DNA from: a virus
Lineage: Duplodnaviria; Heunggongvirae; Uroviricota; Caudoviricetes
DNA length: 40,851 nucleotides
Virus record (IMG/VR): IMGVR_UViG_2541047691_000017
Strand: one strand, 5' to 3'
The position numbers and the translations under genes are program-made. The notes under the pieces were generated by a model that made no database searches, had not been told where the DNA came from, and saw only the letters and a list, made by a program, of their open reading frames with translations. This document shows, piece after piece, positions 1 through 8,250 of the stretch (position 1 is the first letter of the stretch; each line of letters begins with the position of its first letter).

Positions 1-516
1 ATGAAATTTAAAAAATGTCTTCTGCCTGTGGCAATGTTAGCGTCATTCACTCTGGCAGGATGCCAGTCAAATGCTGATGATCATGCCGCCGATGTTTATC
101 AAACCGATCAACTGAATACCAAACAAGAAACTAAAACCGTTAATATTATTTCCATTCTTCCCGCAAAAGTTGCCGTAGACAACGCCCAAAATAAACGGAA
201 CGCACAAGCCTTCGGCGCGCTTATTGGCGCTGTCGCTGGCGGTGTTATCGGCCACAACGTCGGGTCTGGCAGCAATTCCGGAACGACGGCAGGTGCAGTT
301 GGCGGCGGAGCTGTAGGCGCGGCAGCGGGTTCTATGGTGAATGATAAAACCTTAGTGGAAGGTGTTTCTTTAACATATAAGGAAGGCACCAAAGTGTATA
401 CCTCCACCCAGGTGGGTAAAGAGTGCCAGTTTACGACAGGTTTAGCCGTTGTTATTACCACGACGTATAACGAAACGCGTATTCAGCCAAATACCAAATG
501 TCCTGAAAAGAGCTAA
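1..516 (+). CDS. Outer-membrane lipoprotein with glycine-zipper region (SlyB/YcfJ-like), probably host
   Basis: ATG at window position 1; signal peptide with lipobox LAGC; Gly/Ala-rich zipper (GALIGAVAGGVIGHNVGSG...); stop at 514-516. Family assignment from memory. Confidence 0.55.
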   Translation: MKFKKCLLPVAMLASFTLAGCQSNADDHAADVYQTDQLNTKQETKTVNIISILPAKVAVDNAQNKRNAQAFGALIGAVAGGVIGHNVGSGSNSGTTAGAVGGGAVGAAAGSMVNDKTLVEGVSLTYKEGTKVYTSTQVGKECQFTTGLAVVITTTYNETRIQPNTKCPEKS

Positions 517-531
517 TAATCAGGAGGAGTC

Positions 532-1071
532 ATGAAGAAAGTTTTTCTTTGCGCCATCTTAGCCTCCTTAAGCTATCCGGCTATCGCCTCATCATTGCAG
601 GATCAACTCTCGGCTGTCGCAGAAGCGGAACAGCAAGGTAAAAATGAAGAGCAAAGGCAGCATGACGAATGGGTCGCGGAGCGCAACAGGGAAATCCAGC
701 AAGAGAAGCAACGTCGCGCAAACGCCCAGGCCGCGGCTAATAAAAGAGCGGCAACGGCAGCAGCGAATAAGAAAGCTCGTCAGGATAAACTGGACGCCGA
801 AGCCACTGCGGACAAAAAACGCGATCAAAGTTATGAAGATGAGCTACGTAGCTTAGAGATTCAGAAACAAAAACTGGCGCTGGCGAAAGAAGAAGCCCGC
901 GTCAAGCGCGAAAACGAATTTATCGATCAGGAACTGAAGCACAAAGCTGCGCAAACCGATGTGGTGCAATCTGAAGCTGACGCAAACAGAAATATGACTG
1001 AAGGCGGTCGCGATCTGATGAAAAGCGTGGGTAAAGCAGAAGAGAATAAATCAGATAGCTGGTTTAACTAA
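532..1071 (+). CDS. Secreted, charged coiled-coil protein of unknown function, probably host
   Basis: RBS AGGAGG upstream of ATG 532; N-terminal signal peptide (ends AIASS); Lys/Glu/Ala/Gln-rich body; 179 aa. Confidence 0.45.
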   Translation: MKKVFLCAILASLSYPAIASSLQDQLSAVAEAEQQGKNEEQRQHDEWVAERNREIQQEKQRRANAQAAANKRAATAAANKKARQDKLDAEATADKKRDQSYEDELRSLEIQKQKLALAKEEARVKRENEFIDQELKHKAAQTDVVQSEADANRNMTEGGRDLMKSVGKAEENKSDSWFN

Positions 1072-1110
1072 ACGATGTTAGTAACTTCAAACCTATAATT
1101 CTTTAGGATA

Positions 1111-1141
1111 AAAAAACCCTCTGTAGTAACAGAGGGTTTTG
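1111..1141. terminator. Bidirectional rho-independent terminator between the host genes and the prophage lysis cassette
   Basis: A6 run, 7-bp perfect stem CCCTCTG/CAGAGGG with 6-nt loop, then TTTT; can terminate the plus-strand gene ending 1071 and the minus-strand Rz gene ending 1290. Confidence 0.6.
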
Positions 1142-1289
1142 TTCATTCATAGTGCAGGGTCAAATCATTTCCACTCAATTATTTACGACAACCATAACCA
1201 ATTGAGTGATAACATTTTTCCAAATCTCAATTTTTCCCGTACCGTTTTATATACCGTCACCGGAAATCAGTACCATGAAAAATGCCATG

Positions 1290-1772
1290 CTATCTGGTCA
1301 AAGTGTCGTACTGTTTTTCGCAGACTCTTCCGGCTTCGGCTGCCCGGTCAGCATACTCTGCCAGTTGTCTGTTTCTCTCGAGAGATTTGCTGAGCACGTC
1401 GGCAAGCAAAACTCCGGTGTCTGCGGCTGACGACCCAGCGCCGACAATGGCGTTATACTGCCTGAGCTGCTCACGGATGGCAAAGAGTTGTTGCTGCAAC
1501 CGGCCAGCGCTAGCGGCAGCATCAAGAGCATCATTGCGCGCCTGGTCGATCCTCTGCTGAGCTTCACGTTCATTGGTCACTTTCTCCTGTTCGTAGTACT
1601 GACGAACTTTGTCTTCTTCGGCTTTGCTGTCTTCTTCCGCCTGAGCATACCCGGCATCGTACTGGCGACTGCCGTGTATATTCCAGGCAACCACTCCTGA
1701 TATGACCAGAACAGCAAGCACTGCCACGATAAGAAACTGTTTCCAGTATGCTTTTACGAATGCCCAGATCAT
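1290..1772 (-). CDS. Rz: Rz-like i-spanin
   Basis: 160 aa; N-terminal transmembrane helix then coiled-coil periplasmic domain; directly downstream of the endolysin with an ATGA stop/start overlap at 1769-1772. Confidence 0.7.
   Translation of the reverse strand: MIWAFVKAYWKQFLIVAVLAVLVISGVVAWNIHGSRQYDAGYAQAEEDSKAEEDKVRQYYEQEKVTNEREAQQRIDQARNDALDAAASAGRLQQQLFAIREQLRQYNAIVGAGSSAADTGVLLADVLSKSLERNRQLAEYADRAAEAGRVCEKQYDTLTR
1298..1534 (-). CDS. Rz1: Rz1-like o-spanin embedded in Rz in another frame
   Basis: ORF lies inside the Rz gene; encodes a signal peptide with lipobox LALAGC followed by a Ser/Pro-containing short mature peptide. Start chosen at the MMLLML methionines; exact start uncertain. 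Confidence 0.6.
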   Translation of the reverse strand: MMLLMLPLALAGCSNNSLPSVSSSGSITPLSALGRQPQTPEFCLPTCSANLSRETDNWQSMLTGQPKPEESAKNSTTL

Positions 1773-2398
1773 ACCGCCAGCACCTTACTGGCAGTGATGT
1801 ACCGCGCTCGCCGGTCGTCGATGCCGTTCCGGCCACCATTGATAATCAGAGTTACACGTGCAATATCGCCGGTATACTTCATGCATCCTTTGCTGGCGAA
1901 GAACCACGCCGCGCTACGAGCCGCATATTCGTCCTGCGCCAGCAGTTCAGGGCTCTCCAGCAGGTCAACCTTCAGACCGTTTCCGCAATCACGATAGTTA
2001 TTCAAACCGGTAATCTGGATAAGTCCGCGCCCTCGGTAATTCCAGCCATCACCAGGGGCATTGTTCCCCATGCGTTTGCTGTATACCAGATTTGCGATCG
2101 CGCGCTGGCGCTCAAGTGGCAATGGTGGTTCACCAGCACGGCGCCCCAGTGCATTAGCCTGCCCCTGAGTGAGACGCCCAGCCCGAACGAAGTTAGCCAG
2201 TCCGCTGACACTGTAGTTGAAATTCTCCTGCAACCTGGTGAAGCCCCCAGACTCATGCCCGACTTGAGCAATAAACATTGCCTGATCTTCTGCTTTGCTG
2301 ATACCAAACTCTTTCATCGCAGAAGTTATATGCGAGAACCAGCGTGCGGCCAGTGCCTCGCTGATACCAGCAGCTCGCTGGAATTGTTTAATCTCCAT
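1769..2398 (-). CDS. Endolysin, glycoside hydrolase family 19 (chitinase-like) type
   Basis: Start placed at internal ATG (MEIKQFQ..., codon 2396-2398) rather than the upstream read-through; motifs [12 protein letters not shown] and GRGLIQITG... resemble GH19 phage endolysins (from memory); sits in the lysis cassette. Confidence 0.8.
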   Translation of the reverse strand: MEIKQFQRAAGISEALAARWFSHITSAMKEFGISKAEDQAMFIAQVGHESGGFTRLQENFNYSVSGLANFVRAGRLTQGQANALGRRAGEPPLPLERQRAIANLVYSKRMGNNAPGDGWNYRGRGLIQITGLNNYRDCGNGLKVDLLESPELLAQDEYAARSAAWFFASKGCMKYTGDIARVTLIINGGRNGIDDRRARYITASKVLAV

Positions 2399-2696
2399 GT
2401 TTAGACCTCGATACTTTAAAAATTTGAACGACGTTACCGCGCGTTTTAATAACCGCAGCCAGCATGACAGCGTTGATAATGACCTCAGATAAATCCACAG
2501 CCATTGGCGTACGTAACCAGATTGCATAGGCGACTCGAACAGGAATACTGGCCGCAGCAACAATCAGGAAATAAGCAAGCCATCCTCCCCACCTTCGATG
2601 TTGAGAGCCGTTACGCCGGAATGTGACAACGCGAATTGCTATGCCAGTGCAAATAACTGCATTAGTGATAAGCAAAAAAAACTCATGCGTTACCAT
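2388..2696 (-). CDS. Holin-like small membrane protein (second of pair)
   Basis: 102 aa with 2-3 hydrophobic helices; immediately upstream of the endolysin; overlaps the preceding membrane-protein gene by 14 nt. Confidence 0.5.
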   Translation of the reverse strand: MVTHEFFLLITNAVICTGIAIRVVTFRRNGSQHRRWGGWLAYFLIVAAASIPVRVAYAIWLRTPMAVDLSEVIINAVMLAAVIKTRGNVVQIFKVSRSKHGD

Positions 2697-3087
2697 CGTC
2701 TTTTCTCCCCGGAATTAACTCGCGTGGATTATCGGAACGGTGATAGAGCCATATACCAATACGCACAGCGACAATTGCTGACACGAATGCGCCTGCAGAG
2801 AAAACAATCCCTTTTTCAAAAGAGTCCTGCGTGATGGTAGGGATCAGGCTGGCTATGCCGATAAGAATTGATGCTGCTGGTTTGTAAAAGAGAAGGCCGC
2901 AAAGAAAGCTGAGCATCGACAGGAGCACCCGGCGACGGATGGGGTACTCTACTGCAGAGGTAACAAAAATTACCGCCCCAGCCAAAGCCCCTAAAGCAAC
3001 CTCCGGAGGGACACCTGCAATAACTGCAGCAAGAGAACCAAAACTAAGCAACTGATTTAATTGCTCACTTGTTACTTGAGCAGACAT
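2683..3087 (-). CDS. Holin-like membrane protein (first of pair)
   Basis: 134 aa, several hydrophobic helices; RBS AGGAG before ATG at 3085-3087; first gene of the lysis cassette. Confidence 0.5.
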   Translation of the reverse strand: MSAQVTSEQLNQLLSFGSLAAVIAGVPPEVALGALAGAVIFVTSAVEYPIRRRVLLSMLSFLCGLLFYKPAASILIGIASLIPTITQDSFEKGIVFSAGAFVSAIVAVRIGIWLYHRSDNPRELIPGRKDDGNA

Positions 3088-3367
3088 ACTTTCTCCTGTT
3101 TACTATCTATAAGCCAGTCAATTATTGATGACTAAACCCGCATAGTAAACCATATATGAATCATTATTGTTCCATATCATATATCTCAATAAAAGTACTA
3201 ATGATTTTACAGAACGAGCCAGCAGAGTGGGGGCAGTTGTACAGGAACCATAGACTTAATTTTGTATTTAATAATGCTATGGTGTAATAAACCTGAACAT
3301 GTATTTAAAATACGTACTGATTCATGATAGAATTCAAAGATAACTTTTCACCAACCCGTTTTTGATA

Positions 3368-3394
3368 CCCGCAATATTTTGCGGGCTTTTTTTT
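3368..3394 (+). terminator. Plus-strand intrinsic terminator abutting the tailspike stop codon
   Basis: Stem CCCGCAA/TTGCGGG, loop TATT, then T8; the U-tract is on the plus strand only, so it is not a canonical terminator for the minus-strand tailspike. Confidence 0.4.
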
Positions 3395-6300
3395 AACGTT
3401 CTTCCAGAGACTGAACCCGCTCTTTTATCTTATCCATTTCTCTGCGCTGCCATGCTGCCTCGATATAGAATAAGAGATCAGGTCTGACCCCCCATCTAGA
3501 TCCTGCTGGCGTTATTTCAACGCGCTCAATGATGTCTTCTATTACCATCACTGGATTATCATCCTCATCAACAATGATGCTCCCGTCATTATCAGTCAGC
3601 GGCATTTCCCTTTGGCCAGTAATGACGTCATCATATACTGCGGGATAATCGTCATAGCAAAGAAAGGCATAGCGGCATGTTGTGCTTTCTTCTTCCATGA
3701 GTCCGTGAGAAATAAGAACATCACGAAGTTGCTGCGCGATTACACCATGATGTATCCTCGCCCCTTCTTCCCCCTTTATAGCGACAGCGTTCAGCCATTT
3801 ATAAGCGATATACCTGACGTCACCCCAGGCATCCAGCAATGCTTCGTCAGGAGAGACCGGCTCTGTCTTTAATGTTCCGTCACTGGTAACCACAGGATTG
3901 GAGCCAAGATAAACTGTCGAGAACCTGTTTCCCGGACCACCAAGAGCATTTACATTATCAAGATAAGGTTTAACATCTCCGTTCTCAAAAAGATGTTCGA
4001 GTGCGTTATATACCGCGCGACGTGGAGTACTGCTTCCGGAACCATGCAACGTTATCATTGCACCATCTGCTGAAGACGTTGTTTCACCGCCGCTAACGAT
4101 TAATCTCTGAGCGGTAACATCATCAGACGGTACTTTCTTCGCAATAATGGCGTAATTACCCTCAAGTTTGACTTCCGCGCGAACTTGTCCTGATGTACCT
4201 GCATGGACAGTCAGTGACTGGACGGCAACATCATCTGTGAAATCAACGGGTACAGGAACCGTCCTCACGCCTGACGTCGACATAAAAGTAGGAAGCGTTC
4301 TGTTAGGAGTGGCTCCGTAGACAAAATCCCTTGAAACAAATTCTTCCTGTTTAATTTTCACCCTGAAACAATACAAATCAGCCGGGTGACCATCGTGAAC
4401 ATAAGGATATTTTCTGTTGTTATCCCCTATGCTCCATGGGTTTAGAAAGTCTTCCCCACCGAAAATGTAGTACAGCCAGTTGTCTTTGATACAAACTGAA
4501 CCAACACCAACCGCAGAGTTAACTATTCCGCCCTGATAAATCTGATCAGTAACATTAACCCACTCTACATTATCCAGACTCCACTCATTGACGTTAACTC
4601 TGGTCATAAATGTTCTTGGATAATTTCCTGCATAACGGTTATCAGGTTCTCCTCCTTCCCACTCACCAAATGCGCGCTCACTGCCAAAAATAATCAGCTC
4701 ATCGCCAACTTTGGCAAAAGGAAGGTTTGAGTGATGAACATTATTTGGGAAGCGAAGAGAATTCCATGATGTACCTAAATCAGAGCTTCTGTGCAATGAA
4801 CTACCGGGTTGAGTACTTAATGTCCCCCTGGTCGTCAGATACAGAATGCCATCATAATATTTTACACATGGCTCAGATGCATTCGCCTCATATTCTGCAG
4901 GTATGCGTCTGCGAACAAAGCTACCAGGAGAACCGAAAGCATCAGAGAAATAGAGTATCCCAAGCTCGCGTGGACCAATATCACCATTATGGTAGCCAAC
5001 AGCAAAACTGTTATCGCTAATCGTCGCAAAACTGTGAATCTCAGTAACAGGAGTGCTTCCGTCAACAAAAGAAGGAATAGTTCCAAGACTGGTTTTTCTC
5101 CATGGTGACGAGTGAAATGATGTACCAAAACTCCAGTATCTACCCTCGTTATTCTGATCCACATCCTGGGTATTTTGCGTCGTAACTGTAAAAGTATTTT
5201 TATCAATAACAGTAGTCACCGTCATATTCCCGGTAACACCTGTAACACCAGAGTTTGAGAAGTTGACAAAATCACCAGCAAATAATCCGTGATCAGTAAT
5301 GCGAATATAAGCGACTTGCTGATTTGCTGCTTTCGTTATACCACCATAAACGCGAAGGCTGCGACTCATTGGGCGATCCCACAACTCTGCAACCTGCAGT
5401 TTATTTCCGCTCACGGTCCGCGTCTCAATTACAGCAAAAAGGCGATTTCTGACAACCCCCATACTCATGCAGTGATAGTTAACTGTGGGATAGTTTTCAT
5501 GTAAATCTGTAAGCCATTCCGGCGTTGTCCAGGTCTTCCCGTCATCTCCTGAGCGAACCCATGCAACATGGAGGTTATTTACACCATGGCGGTCTCCAGC
5601 CATAAAAGGCGCATAGATGACATTGTCATATACAAACGTTTTATCCTGCGTCCAGGCGTTGTACCACGGTGTATCTGTAATTTTAAATAACTCTCCCTGG
5701 ATAAAATCTTCAGAAGCATAAAAAAGAGGCTGGCCCGGTATTCTCTCAAATAAAAAACGAGCATTTTTAAATCGACTGACATCCGGAAGAGTTGATACTT
5801 TAAAAGTAAGCCCTAATCCGTCAATTTTATAACCTGGAGATGAGGCTTCAAGGCACGCGCTTATTGCAGTGGAATCGTCATTTATACCATCACCAACAGC
5901 TCCAAAATCTTTGGGGCTAATAGCATCACGCATTTTATCCTGGAACGTTCGGTACACAGCCCCAGAACCATACTGAATAAACCAACCAAAACCACCAACA
6001 ACCCCGGAGATTGCAGCATCGACATAATTACGCATTGAGCGATTATTTACAGCGTCCTGCTCAAATGATGGATCTGCAAGGTTAGAAATTTTGTTTTGCT
6101 TTGCATCGTAATATTTTGCAAGCAAAGATGGTTTCATCAATGCACGTCTGAACCACCCAAAACATTGCTGGATCAGCATCGTCAGGTAGTCAAAGGCATC
6201 TTCATGCACTTCGGGGAAAAATTTTCCCTGATTGCGAAGGTCTGTCTCCTGCACTACATCAAGCACACGATCTATCGTAATTCGCCATCCAGTAGCAAGC

Positions 6301-6512
6301 GGAGACGGAAGAACCACAGAACCGCCACTATAAGTGCCCGCCCCAGTTACCGTATAACCGGTATCCAGAACCAATTCTGTTACGTTTCCGTTCAGGTCAG
6401 ACACCTGAACAACCAGGTCTGATTTTCTGAAAACTCGAAAAGTATACGGAAACGATGTCGTAACGCCGTTACCGGTGTATTCGTTGTGGTCAACTTCGGT
6501 TGAGACCGTCAT
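3393..6512 (-). CDS. Tailspike/tail fiber: T7 gp17-like N-terminal adaptor, central domain with two Asp-box motifs, C-terminal intramolecular-chaperone (peptidase S74-like) domain
   Basis: 1039 aa. N-terminus (NEYTGNGVTTSFPYTFRVF...VVQV...LVLDTGYTV) fits the T7-type tail fiber adaptor pattern. Asp boxes SGDDGKTW (5529..5552) and SSDLGTSW (4764..4787) checked against the DNA. C-terminal roughly 160 aa resemble the autocleaving chaperone of endosialidase-type tailspikes, candidate cleavage near VVTS/DGTLK. All from memory. Confidence 0.85.
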   Translation of the reverse strand: MTVSTEVDHNEYTGNGVTTSFPYTFRVFRKSDLVVQVSDLNGNVTELVLDTGYTVTGAGTYSGGSVVLPSPLATGWRITIDRVLDVVQETDLRNQGKFFPEVHEDAFDYLTMLIQQCFGWFRRALMKPSLLAKYYDAKQNKISNLADPSFEQDAVNNRSMRNYVDAAISGVVGGFGWFIQYGSGAVYRTFQDKMRDAISPKDFGAVGDGINDDSTAISACLEASSPGYKIDGLGLTFKVSTLPDVSRFKNARFLFERIPGQPLFYASEDFIQGELFKITDTPWYNAWTQDKTFVYDNVIYAPFMAGDRHGVNNLHVAWVRSGDDGKTWTTPEWLTDLHENYPTVNYHCMSMGVVRNRLFAVIETRTVSGNKLQVAELWDRPMSRSLRVYGGITKAANQQVAYIRITDHGLFAGDFVNFSNSGVTGVTGNMTVTTVIDKNTFTVTTQNTQDVDQNNEGRYWSFGTSFHSSPWRKTSLGTIPSFVDGSTPVTEIHSFATISDNSFAVGYHNGDIGPRELGILYFSDAFGSPGSFVRRRIPAEYEANASEPCVKYYDGILYLTTRGTLSTQPGSSLHRSSDLGTSWNSLRFPNNVHHSNLPFAKVGDELIIFGSERAFGEWEGGEPDNRYAGNYPRTFMTRVNVNEWSLDNVEWVNVTDQIYQGGIVNSAVGVGSVCIKDNWLYYIFGGEDFLNPWSIGDNNRKYPYVHDGHPADLYCFRVKIKQEEFVSRDFVYGATPNRTLPTFMSTSGVRTVPVPVDFTDDVAVQSLTVHAGTSGQVRAEVKLEGNYAIIAKKVPSDDVTAQRLIVSGGETTSSADGAMITLHGSGSSTPRRAVYNALEHLFENGDVKPYLDNVNALGGPGNRFSTVYLGSNPVVTSDGTLKTEPVSPDEALLDAWGDVRYIAYKWLNAVAIKGEEGARIHHGVIAQQLRDVLISHGLMEEESTTCRYAFLCYDDYPAVYDDVITGQREMPLTDNDGSIIVDEDDNPVMVIEDIIERVEITPAGSRWGVRPDLLFYIEAAWQRREMDKIKERVQSLEER

Positions 6513-6616
6513 GTTAAATCTCCAGATAGTCGCAGCACCCGTTGCGCCGCATATCTGGTTATTCTATTACCTGGAAAACCACATATGGATAGAAAGGCTG
6601 TAAATACGAATAGATA

Positions 6617-6631
6617 TTACCTTTCAGGTAA
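6617..6631. promoter_or_regulatory. Operator-like palindrome TTACC-TTTCA-GGTAA
   Basis: Exact TTACC-N5-GGTAA; upstream of the LexA box and the 6708 gene. Confidence 0.6.
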
Positions 6632-6668
6632 TTTGCAAAACGTGCTGGATAGCAAACAAATTATTTGC

Positions 6669-6688
6669 TACTGTATAAATATACAGTT
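6669..6688. promoter_or_regulatory. LexA box (SOS box)
   Basis: TACTGTATAAATATACAGTT matches the CTGT-N8-ACAG consensus (TACTGTATATATATACAGTA) at 18 of 20 positions; lies 20 nt upstream of ATG 6708. Confidence 0.75.
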
Positions 6689-6707
6689 ATTGCATGGAGA
6701 AGATAAG

Positions 6708-6965
6708 ATGCAGCAGTATCACTATCCACTGGAAGACGGATTTACCGAAAGGATTCACACGCCGGGAGGCGTCAGGTCACTGGTGGAGGGATCGCACTTG
6801 ATGAAATTACTCCGGGATCTCGATAAGGATGGATTTAATGTCGATGGCCCACTTGCCGAACTGACTGCACTGATTAACTACGTCACCAGCTCACAGATGT
6901 CTATGCAGGATCTGCAAACACATCTCGACTATTGTGCCGAACAATTACGAAAACAAACCAGATAA
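6708..6965 (+). CDS. Small antirepressor-like protein, standalone paralog of the antirepressor C-terminal domain
   Basis: 85 aa from ATG 6708 (MQQYHYP...). Aligns by eye with the C-terminus of the 7283..7933 product (IHTPGGV..SHLMKLL..DG.NVDGPLAELT..Y...DLQTH vs IHSPSGV..SLLMNLL..DGHDVSGAAAELT..Y...DIQTH). The longer listed ORF start at 6585 would place the LexA box inside the coding region. Confidence 0.6.
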   Translation: MQQYHYPLEDGFTERIHTPGGVRSLVEGSHLMKLLRDLDKDGFNVDGPLAELTALINYVTSSQMSMQDLQTHLDYCAEQLRKQTR

Positions 6966-6996
6966 GATTTGAAATTACCAAGTGGAGTGCTTATGT

Positions 6997-7011
6997 TTAC
7001 CTTTGAGGTAA
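6997..7011. promoter_or_regulatory. Operator-like palindrome TTACC-TTTGA-GGTAA
   Basis: Exact TTACC-N5-GGTAA between the 6708 gene and the antirepressor gene. Confidence 0.55.
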
Positions 7012-7101
7012 ATTTACATCGCACTCCTCTTGTGCCATAGTAATCGGGCACTGGCAAAATCCAGTGCCGGGATTGGTCTCCCGGATTACTAAGTGGCGCA
7101 T

Positions 7102-7124
7102 ACCACGCCAGACGTGGTTTTTTT
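7102..7124 (+). terminator. Weak intrinsic terminator
   Basis: Stem ACCACG/CGTGGT around a 5-nt loop followed by T7; downstream of the 6708..6965 gene. Confidence 0.3.
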
Positions 7125-7282
7125 ATGCGTATAGCACAGTCATGCCAGAATTATGGTGGGCTGAATGGGGGTCCGAAAGGACGCCGGTACCACTTAGGCC
7201 GGTAAGACCAACTCCGTTCAGTTCACCACCATCTGATTGGTCTCAGCGGTGGTGATGTAATTCGCTAAGTGGAGACGCCATA

Positions 7283-7933
7283 ATGAACGCTCAACTCATC
7301 CCCGTATTCAACGGCACTATATCCAACGAAACCGCTCTTCTCGTTAATGCCCGTGATTTACACACTTTCCTCGATGTGGGTAAGCGATTTGCTTCGTGGA
7401 TTGTCGAACGAATTTCTGAATATGGTTTCGTTGAAAATCAAGACTTTATGATTATTTCCCAAGTTCGGGAAAAAATAGGCAGAGGCCGTCCTGCAAAAGA
7501 CTACCACCTCACCCTCGATACAGCCAAAGAGCTGGCGATGGTCGAGCGTAACGAAAAAGGTCGTCAGGTACGACGCTACTTCATTGAATGCGAGAAACGT
7601 TTAAGACAACAAGAAACAAAAGTGGAGAAGGTCTTGTCAGGCTTCATGCCCGCCATTATGGAGGCGATCAAGCTGGAAGACAAAAAAGAATACAGTGCCC
7701 CACTGAAGCCCGGCTACCGTAGCCTGATTCATTCGCCGTCTGGTGTTCTCGGCCTGACGGAGAACTCACTGCTGATGAATCTGCTGAACCAGTTACAGGA
7801 CGACGGGCACGACGTATCGGGCGCGGCGGCGGAGCTGACCACCATGTTCTGCTACATCGTCGGTGTGAGCAAATGCCTGCGTGATATCCAGACCCACGCG
7901 GAGTACATCAACGACAAGGCAGGGTTCTTCTGA
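7283..7933 (+). CDS. Phage antirepressor (AntA/AntB-type N-terminal domain plus C-terminal domain)
   Basis: 216 aa; N-terminus (ARDLHTFLDVGKRFASWIVERISEYGFVENQDFMI) fits the AntA/AntB antirepressor domain pattern from memory; RBS GGAG before ATG. Confidence 0.7.
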   Translation: MNAQLIPVFNGTISNETALLVNARDLHTFLDVGKRFASWIVERISEYGFVENQDFMIISQVREKIGRGRPAKDYHLTLDTAKELAMVERNEKGRQVRRYFIECEKRLRQQETKVEKVLSGFMPAIMEAIKLEDKKEYSAPLKPGYRSLIHSPSGVLGLTENSLLMNLLNQLQDDGHDVSGAAAELTTMFCYIVGVSKCLRDIQTHAEYINDKAGFF

Positions 7934-7999
7934 CGGGCGGCGGCACAGGGATGTGCTTCTGACATAATCATTTGCGGTGTGATGTAGATTCACGTAAGA

Positions 8000-8014
8000 T
8001 TACCTTAAAGGTAA
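8000..8014. promoter_or_regulatory. Operator-like palindrome TTACC-TTAAA-GGTAA upstream of the 8041 cassette
   Basis: Exact TTACC-N5-GGTAA, 26 nt upstream of ATG 8041 and before its AGGAGG RBS. Confidence 0.55.
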
Positions 8015-8040
8015 ACCATGGGTTTACATGAGGAGGAGAT

Positions 8041-8250
8041 ATGGGATTTTGGTTCGCTCGTACAAAAACGAGGGATAATGCACCCAGCCCTCAGGCAAAA
8101 AATGCAGAAGTTCCGGCGTCAGCGCAGGTTAACAAGCGTGGTGGAGTATATATCTCATCACAGCAAATTTCTGAGCTTCCTGAGGTTAAGGAGATGCGTC
8201 GTCTCGCTGCTGCAATTGTTAAACAGGATCTTGCCACTGTAAGGAAATAG
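8041..8250 (+). CDS. Small hydrophilic protein of unknown function, first gene of accessory cassette
   Basis: 69 aa; strong RBS (AGGAGG) before ATG 8041; stop TAG overlaps the GTG start of the next gene (TAGTG). Confidence 0.55.
   Translation: MGFWFARTKTRDNAPSPQAKNAEVPASAQVNKRGGVYISSQQISELPEVKEMRRLAAAIVKQDLATVRK

Noticed and set aside
108-856. Antisense and alternative-frame ORFs (108..461 -, 592..828 -, 644..856 +) within the two host-like genes
   Set aside because: Fully contained in better-supported genes on the other strand or frame; translations are low-complexity.
1139-1560. Plus-strand ORFs overlapping Rz/Rz1 (1139..1393, 1206..1430, 1282..1560)
   Set aside because: Antisense to the spanin genes, no RBS, composition typical of spurious frames.
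6585-6707. Upstream extension of the small antirepressor-like ORF (start at 6585)
   Set aside because: The extension would place the LexA box and promoter-like sequence inside the coding region; the internal ATG at 6708 is the more plausible start.
7064-7255. 63-aa plus-strand ORF between the two antirepressor-type genes
   Set aside because: Contains a terminator-like hairpin plus T-run, has no RBS and a Pro/Trp-rich low-complexity translation; judged noncoding.
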